Shown piece after piece: positions 58,354 through 64,000 of a stretch of DNA of 64,000 nt (positions within the stretch are counted from its first letter, which is position 1; every line of letters begins with the position of its first letter). The position numbers were made by a program, and so were the translations under genes. Where the stretch lies: positions 28,339 through 92,338 of IMG/VR virus record IMGVR_UViG_3300045988_182914; one strand, 5' to 3'. Under the pieces are notes generated by a model. It was not told where the DNA came from. It saw nothing but the letters and a program-made list of their open reading frames with translations, and did not search any database. The stretch comes from a virus.

Positions 58354-58495
58354 CTTATTTTTCTTCCCAGTCTTCGCAGCTGTCGTTATAGTCGATTGGA
58401 AGACCGTAATTGTCAGAGCACTCATTGCTGCAGGTGAACTCTCCTGCGTCCCTGTCATACCTGTTATACAGGCAGTTTCCACATCTTTCGTCCAT
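58354..58495 (-). pseudogene. Frameshifted paralog of the small Cys-rich protein at 50468..50623
   Basis: Frame A gives MDERCGNCLYNRYDRDAGGVHLQQ*. Frame B continues ...EEFTCSNECSDNYGLPIDYNDSCEDWEEK*. A single-base indel near gcaggaGgagttc would restore a 46 aa ORF sharing the C-x2-C-x2-NRY-x2-D-x-G-x-[YF]-x-C pattern. Confidence 0.4.
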
Positions 58496-58783
58496 CTACT
58501 TTTTCTCCTTTGTATTTTCTGTTTCCATGTCCATAAGCTCGATGCCGTTTTCATACAGCATCCCTGATATAGCACACGCCATCTTAAGCGGCACCTCCAT
58601 GCCAAGCATGTTCTGCAAATGCTGCCACTCATCCCATGTCATGATGCTGTCTTTTTCTGCCCTTGCAATTTCAAGAAGCTGTCCCTTCTTAAACTCCTCA
58701 AATGGCTCGTCAACATCTGACAATGCTCCCACATGAACAAGCCATGTGTTAATTTCTTCTTTCTCTTTCTTTGTGTAACCCAT
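58496..58783 (-). CDS. Hypothetical protein
   Basis: 95 aa. Confidence 0.45.
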   Translation of the reverse strand: MGYTKKEKEEINTWLVHVGALSDVDEPFEEFKKGQLLEIARAEKDSIMTWDEWQHLQNMLGMEVPLKMACAISGMLYENGIELMDMETENTKEKK

Positions 58784-58815
58784 ATGTCCCTCCTTTTCCT
58801 TACCATAGAAATGCC

Positions 58816-59028
58816 TTAAACAGAGACTCTGCCGTATCTTATGTGCATTTCTTTTAAAGCAATAACAGCCTTTTGAAGCGCGTCATTAAGTAAAGCCTCT
58901 GCATACAGCTTTCTGTCTCTTTCATCAGCATCTGGAAACTTTTCATCCACAATAGGATAAAGTGCTTCCAGTTTATAATCCGAAAATACATATTCGGTTA
59001 TAATTTTTTCTGCTTCTGTTTCAGTCAT
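58816..59028 (-). CDS. Hypothetical small protein
   Basis: 70 aa. Confidence 0.4.
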   Translation of the reverse strand: MTETEAEKIITEYVFSDYKLEALYPIVDEKFPDADERDRKLYAEALLNDALQKAVIALKEMHIRYGRVSV

Positions 59029-59062
59029 ATGTTCCTCCTTTTCCGCAAATATATAATCTCTG

Positions 59063-59530
59063 CTAAATCAATTTTCCTGCACGAAAAGAGTAATAGCCGT
59101 CTGTTCCAACTATGATATGGTCACAGAGCTCGATTTTCATCAGCTTTCCCGCTTCCATAACCTCTTTTGTTGTGTTTATATCATATTTTGACGGCGACAC
59201 ATCACCTGTAGGATGATTGTGGACCATAACAAACTGTGATGCTCCGCACAGCATAAGACGTATAAAAATTTCTCTGGTGCCTACAATCGAAGCGCTGACG
59301 TTGCCATGGGAAATCTCAAAGACGCCAAGCGGTCTGCACTTGACATTCATGGCAATAACCCATACGTGTTCCTCTGCCAGATATGAAGCATTAAAGACAT
59401 CATCCATGACCTTTTTGATCTTTTCCGGTGATGTCATTTTGTCCACATCCGGACAGTTCTTTGATTCCTCCTTAACTAAATAAGGATGCTGCTCCTCATT
59501 GAGCAGCATGTCATACTTTGTCACTCTCAT
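59063..59530 (-). CDS. RadC-like JAB/MPN-domain protein
   Basis: Start MRVTKYDM after GGAGGAAACAAA. Metal-binding signature HNHPTGDVSPSKYD (HNHPSG...PS..D). Confidence 0.8.
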   Translation of the reverse strand: MRVTKYDMLLNEEQHPYLVKEESKNCPDVDKMTSPEKIKKVMDDVFNASYLAEEHVWVIAMNVKCRPLGVFEISHGNVSASIVGTREIFIRLMLCGASQFVMVHNHPTGDVSPSKYDINTTKEVMEAGKLMKIELCDHIIVGTDGYYSFRAGKLI

Positions 59531-59820
59531 TTTGTTTCCTCCATTTTTCTTTTTATATGAAAAGTATGATAGAAAATAAAATACTGGACGCGAAAAACCG
59601 GCATCATTTCTGACGCCGGTTCCTCTTAGATGTCCGTAACTTTTTTGCGGTCGGATGTTCAGCTCTGACTGCACCATAAGTATGATAGATTTATTTTTCG
59701 TTTATTGCTTTCTATATAAGTTTTTGCATTAATATTCGCGAAAATGACCAAATCTCATTTTTCCTTTTTCTGACATACTTTCTGCAGATATTTTTTTTCA
59801 GAGAGGAGGAATAACAAACA

Positions 59821-60114
59821 GTGGCAGTTAACTACTACGAAATATTATGCGGCCAGAGCTCTTCGTGCAGGTCGATACAGCACAATCGTCTCATGCGCGG
59901 ATTGTCTGCCCAGAAAACCAAAACGTTCATTGTAAAATCCGATCATTATCCCGACATGACCGAGCTGACTGTACATTTCAGAAGCAAGCTCCGAGAACTA
60001 AGATGCGACGGCATATACGGAGTGAGATACATTTCCAAGGAAAACATTAACGAACTGTATTCGGAAAAAGAGCAGGAAAAGTTCCTCTCTTTTCCAGACA
60101 TGCAGGCATCATAA
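59821..60114 (+). CDS. Hypothetical protein (plus strand)
   Basis: 97 aa, possibly starting at GTG. Forward motif copy at 59765..59790 upstream. Confidence 0.35.
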   Translation: MAVNYYEILCGQSSSCRSIQHNRLMRGLSAQKTKTFIVKSDHYPDMTELTVHFRSKLRELRCDGIYGVRYISKENINELYSEKEQEKFLSFPDMQAS

Positions 60115-60178
60115 AACACTCATTGGCACGAAAAAAGCACCGGAATTCTCCGATGCTTCTTTTTTTTAAAAACAGTTC

Positions 60179-60670
60179 TTAAATGATATGAATGAAGTCT
60201 TTAAGTTCTGTATAGAGCGTTGTAAGGCCTTCCTTTTCCATATCTTTTCTGACCTCTTCAATCGGCCAGTTATTAGGATACTGAACACATGTGCCCCTGT
60301 CGTTTCTTGCAAGGCACTTATATCCTTTTTTCTCTCCCTTTTTAAAGAGCTTCTCATCTTCTACAAGATTGATAAGCTCTTCAGCAAGGAAGCTGAAGTC
60401 AATAATTCTTGGATCCGTTTCAAACAGAGCCTTAACTGCCTTGTCAGTGCTCTTGGCTGTCCACTCTGCTATGAGGCTGTCAACTCTTTTTTCAGCCTCC
60501 ACTGTATCAAATACAGGGTATCCTCCGCTTCCATCTGCGAAATCATTATACACCCCGACTTTTTTGTTATTCAGGTATATATTGGCGATAAAGCCCTCGC
60601 CTTCCATTCCGTATGTTTTCTTGACACTTTTGAACTGGAGATTATCTCCAGCAATTATCAATGCCGCCAT
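60179..60670 (-). CDS. Hypothetical protein
   Basis: 163 aa. Confidence 0.5.
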   Translation of the reverse strand: MAALIIAGDNLQFKSVKKTYGMEGEGFIANIYLNNKKVGVYNDFADGSGGYPVFDTVEAEKRVDSLIAEWTAKSTDKAVKALFETDPRIIDFSFLAEELINLVEDEKLFKKGEKKGYKCLARNDRGTCVQYPNNWPIEEVRKDMEKEGLTTLYTELKDFIHII

Positions 60671-60682
60671 CTTTGTTCCTCC

Positions 60683-60967
60683 TTATCTGCTTCTTTTTAT
60701 TTCATCAATATCTTTGACTCTAACTGCCACATAGTCGTTATGGTAAGAACTAAATACCGAATAGGCATTTAGTGTATTTCCTTCTTCTTCTATCTCGTCA
60801 ATGCTTTCGGTTCCGTATTCAAAATCGTCGGTATCTCCGTCTTCGTTATTGCGGTCATCATCAACCATGGCCATTAAAAGCCTTTTAACCTCGTCTTTTG
60901 TTCCTGTAAATTTGCTTACACAAGGCCCGTATTCTGTCGACCCTTCGATAATTATCCATTCCTCCAT
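60683..60967 (-). CDS. Hypothetical acidic protein
   Basis: Start MEEWIIIEG after GGAGGAAAAACATA. Rich in D and E. Confidence 0.45.
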   Translation of the reverse strand: MEEWIIIEGSTEYGPCVSKFTGTKDEVKRLLMAMVDDDRNNEDGDTDDFEYGTESIDEIEEEGNTLNAYSVFSSYHNDYVAVRVKDIDEIKRSR

Positions 60968-61649
60968 TATGTTTTTCCTCCTGTTTTCTATACTCAATCG
61001 AAAAACTTTCGATAGTGCCGATGAAACCGTTTAAGTTTTCCAGCCAGAGTTTTACACTTTTGTATGCATCCTCCATCCTGCCGTTATTAATATAGTGGTC
61101 AACAAATTCCTGCGGAATTTCTGTTTCCGATGGCAGAACTGACAGATATTTTTCTGTATAGTCCTTGCCGGTCATTACATCAATGACACTCCACTTGATG
61201 TCCGCAGCATACCACTTCCTGGCGCAGATAACTGTGCCATCATCTTCCACAGCATAGCCTGGAAGAATCATTAACGCGCTTAAGGTTATAATCTTCTCAT
61301 CTGCAGAAAAGGCCTTAAACTTTGCTGAGTCTATAATTGCTTTTGTATTTCTGCCCATTTCTACGACAAGCCCATGCAAGCTCTGCCAAAACTCAGGTGT
61401 TGCCTCCATGTCAATGAACCTGCCTGTCTCAGGCGCCTCTTTTCCGAAAAGCATTTCCTGACAATTTGGGCAGTAGCCTGTCTTTATGAACTCTCGCTCA
61501 AAGGCATCGAAGTCTGTAAGCTCGTCTTGTATCCTGCCACCATACATTGCATAGTGGCGATGCTCCGCTGCCATCGTCTCATCTTCTTTGAGTCCTATAA
61601 CCCTGCCGCACATCGGGCAGGTTCTCTTGATAAGTTCTGTTGTCTTCAT
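60885..61649 (-). CDS. Hypothetical protein with N-terminal zinc ribbon
   Basis: 254 aa with CPMCG...CPNCQ. Its 3' end overlaps the next gene by about 80 nt. Motif at 61660..61700. Confidence 0.5.
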   Translation of the reverse strand: MKTTELIKRTCPMCGRVIGLKEDETMAAEHRHYAMYGGRIQDELTDFDAFEREFIKTGYCPNCQEMLFGKEAPETGRFIDMEATPEFWQSLHGLVVEMGRNTKAIIDSAKFKAFSADEKIITLSALMILPGYAVEDDGTVICARKWYAADIKWSVIDVMTGKDYTEKYLSVLPSETEIPQEFVDHYINNGRMEDAYKSVKLWLENLNGFIGTIESFSIEYRKQEEKHNGGMDNYRRVDRIRALCKQIYRNKRRG

Positions 61650-61858
61650 TCTTTATATCCTCCATTTTTCTTTTTTTATATAAAGAGTATGATTGAAAGT
61701 AGAAAAACGAAAGGCTGTATGTGTTTTTATATGGAAAGCCATTTCTCAAAATCATTTCTAACATACTATATGTGTAAGACAGAGGAAATCTGTTAATACA
61801 CAACTCCAATTTGTTGAAATGACGGAAAGGAAAAATATGAAATATTTATTTTTTTTTA

Positions 61859-62131
61859 TTGTATGTAATAGTGGTAGGAGAGTTTTTGTTCAGCAGTCCA
61901 ATAAAAATTAAGAAAAACAGTGGTAATCCACGAGGACGGTATTTTTATAAACTGAGTGGTATTATTAACGTTATTTTTGGTAGTAGTGGCATAATTGCTA
62001 TAAATATATTGTTGATGAATAAGAATATTGTTCCACAAATGTACGTGTGGATAGGTATTATTGGTTTTATGCTCATTGAAGTATATGGAATGTTCTGTAT
62101 AGTAAAAATGATGTTATCGGTTGAACCTTAA
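61859..62131 (+). CDS. Small hydrophobic membrane protein (cargo of the insertion)
   Basis: 90 aa, 2 TM segments, very AT-rich. Confidence 0.4.
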   Translation: MYVIVVGEFLFSSPIKIKKNSGNPRGRYFYKLSGIINVIFGSSGIIAINILLMNKNIVPQMYVWIGIIGFMLIEVYGMFCIVKMMLSVEP

Positions 62132-62165
62132 CATCCCGATAAATTATGATTTGTGAGGTGATTAT

Positions 62166-62372
62166 ATGAAATGTCCTAAATATATTAAAGAAGCTCTTGA
62201 TAAGAGATTAAAGGCTGCACAACAATTTAACCATTACGATTTGATTGTTAGTGAATACATAGATAAGCATGATTTAGACGTAGATTCCTGTCATTATCAT
62301 GGTGGTTGCGAAAGTATTGTATTTCCCGAATCTTCTTATCACACAATCTTAGAAGCAATCAAAGAAAAATAG
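62166..62372 (+). CDS. Small soluble protein (cargo of the insertion)
   Basis: 68 aa. RBS gtgaggtgattat before the ATG. Confidence 0.4.
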   Translation: MKCPKYIKEALDKRLKAAQQFNHYDLIVSEYIDKHDLDVDSCHYHGGCESIVFPESSYHTILEAIKEK

Positions 62373-62490
62373 ACAGTTAAACTGAAATTTTCTTTTTAAA
62401 TATGGGCCGGGGGCGAAAGTCTCCGGCCATACGTGTGTATAAAAAGAAAAGAGAGGGAAAAATCCTCTCTAATCTTTTTGTTTTGACAAA

Positions 62491-63339
62491 TTAAAGGATT
62501 ACAAGCTGCCCTGTTGCTGCATTACACAGGTATGCATTGTTGGAAAGCTGCTCCTCTTCGGCCACCTCTGAGCCATTTACCTCTTTTACGAGGTCACTCA
62601 GATTGCTACCGAACGACATGTACGCTGGCAAAGCCAGTATTTCGTGGACAGACGACGGAATCAGCACGAGGTTTGTTTCCCCAAGCATCTGACTGATGCG
62701 CTTCACGACACGTCTGCTTGTGATTACGCCTGCACCAAACGATGTTGCTGCATTTGTTACAACAAGCATTGGAACTGGGTCTTCAATCTCCATATCTGCA
62801 GGAAGAAGTCCCTTTTCCTTTAACACGTCCATGATAGACATGATATTCACGTCTGCTGCGACATTTGCTTCCGCCGCCAGCCATGCCTCTTCCAAAGTCA
62901 CTCCAGTCACCTTGCAGACAGCATCTGCGAGCACGAAGCTGCTGTCTTCCTGTACACAGGAGGCATCTACACGGATGTATTTTTCAATACCCTGTGCAAA
63001 TGGCTTTACGACATCTGTTTCTTTGCCGCTGCCAGCCCTGCGTAAGCAGACCTTTGCAGTCTTAAGGATATTATCCCTTGTTACGGGATTTGCCTTTGAG
63101 GCTACATTGTACTGCGCCCTCATGTCAGCAGCAACCTCAGCGAGAGCGACATACACATCTTCGTTCTTGCATGCATTGACATGGTTTGCAATGTCATCAG
63201 TAACATTAAAGGACGGCCTTACGCTCTCCTTGCCAATGATGACAGATGGCTGGCCGTCTTTTTCTCCAACCATTGCCATTCCAGCCTCTAAACCGTTAAT
63301 TGTTTCTGCCACCATTGTGGCAATTTCCTTCTTTGTCAT
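62491..63339 (-). CDS. Hypothetical protein (about 282 aa)
   Basis: Start MTKKEIATMV after GGAGGAATTTAAC. Motif at 63345..63390. Confidence 0.5.
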   Translation of the reverse strand: MTKKEIATMVAETINGLEAGMAMVGEKDGQPSVIIGKESVRPSFNVTDDIANHVNACKNEDVYVALAEVAADMRAQYNVASKANPVTRDNILKTAKVCLRRAGSGKETDVVKPFAQGIEKYIRVDASCVQEDSSFVLADAVCKVTGVTLEEAWLAAEANVAADVNIMSIMDVLKEKGLLPADMEIEDPVPMLVVTNAATSFGAGVITSRRVVKRISQMLGETNLVLIPSSVHEILALPAYMSFGSNLSDLVKEVNGSEVAEEEQLSNNAYLCNAATGQLVIL

Positions 63340-63438
63340 GTTAAATTCCTCCATTTTTCTTTTTTGATATAACAAGTATGTTAGAATTAATAAAAATGAA
63401 AAAAGCCTGCAGGAATTATCCCACAGACTCTTTTTTGA

Positions 63439-63669
63439 CTAATAAAACGTTATCTCCGGTTTCATACCGGCGGCCAGCGCAGCCTTGTACACCGCCTGAC
63501 CTTTGTCATATCCGTGATCTTCGGCCCATTCCTCAATGGAACTGTACACGGGTTTCATTCCCGGAAAACAGAGATACTGCCCTCTGATTTCCTTTTCAAA
63601 ATATTTTTCTGCCCATTCTTTTGACACGCGAAAACTGTAATCGCGTGTCTGGATCTCTATTGTTTCCAT
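63439..63669 (-). CDS. Hypothetical small protein
   Basis: 76 aa ORF with RBS aggagaaaaac. Confidence 0.45.
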   Translation of the reverse strand: METIEIQTRDYSFRVSKEWAEKYFEKEIRGQYLCFPGMKPVYSSIEEWAEDHGYDKGQAVYKAALAAGMKPEITFY

Positions 63670-64000
63670 GTTTTTCTCCTTATGAAATAATTATTATTTG
63701 TGTTTAAATGTAGACAAATGTGTCTAGCTTACATTATCTAACCAGTAAATCTTAGAATATTTCCAAAGTACTTTACATTTTCTTGCGTTAACTTTCTTAC
63801 AATGTTTTGTTGGACTTTTGTTGGCGTTAATTGTTTATTATTAGCATCCAATACAAAAGCATAAATTTGTCATTTCTGACGCCTTCCTTTCGGAGAATTT
63901 TTCTTCGTGCCAATATCGAGTAGAGGACATGTGTTTCCCTGTTATCAATGCAGGACATTAGCATTGTTTCTTGGTTTGCACTCACAGAGCTTCAGACTGA

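Larger units (their letters stand above)
61729..62445 (+). repeat. Structured repeat element, copy 3, interrupted by a 578 bp AT-rich insertion (61813..62390) flanked by AATTT duplications
   Basis: Left part 61729..61812 and right part 62391..62445 are colinear with copies 1 and 2. The insertion carries two small ORFs. Confidence 0.7.

Noticed and set aside
5700-63390. Interpretation of the recurrent motif as integron attC sites or an integron-like cassette array
   Set aside because: No integron integrase. The motif lies 5' of each gene with a fixed distance to the RBS/ATG, so it looks like a promoter or leader, not a 3' recombination site. No R/L core pairs were found.

Overview
This 64 kb window, about 40% GC, looks like part of a large mobile genetic element (a huge phage or megaplasmid-like element of a gut Firmicutes/Lachnospiraceae-type host) rather than core chromosome. 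Nearly all genes are on the minus strand, and about 30 of them, mostly short hypothetical proteins, are each preceded by the same ~45 bp promoter/5'UTR element (consensus in gene orientation AAAATCTAACATACTTTCCATATAAAAAAGAAAAATGGAGGA-N4-10-ATG). Main content in window order: an AAA+ (SpoVK/CbbX-like) ATPase plus J-domain protein pair; NAD-dependent DNA ligase LigA; a protein built from NTGxx pentad repeats; an IS200/IS605 element (tnpA, tnpB, putative omega RNA) and a second solo TnpB; an intact Cas12a (type V-A) with no cas1/cas2/cas4, followed by three degenerate CRISPR arrays, each with its own leader copy, with a membrane-protein gene sitting between arrays 2 and 3; a 1308 aa secreted VWA/TSP3-repeat surface protein and two BspA-type LRR proteins; an XRE regulator followed by a six-tRNA cluster and two palindromic sites; a four-gene NAD+ salvage operon (Nudix-wHTH-NMNAT fusion, PncA, PncB, NadE) driven by a consensus sigma70 promoter; flotillin; DUF2493/SLOG, an Rpn-family PD-(D/E)xK transposase bracketed by 70 bp direct repeats; a VirD4/TraG-like ATPase; a RadC-like JAB protein; and a structured ~150 bp repeat element (three copies, one carrying a 578 bp two-gene insertion). 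No capsid, terminase or tail genes are visible in this window.
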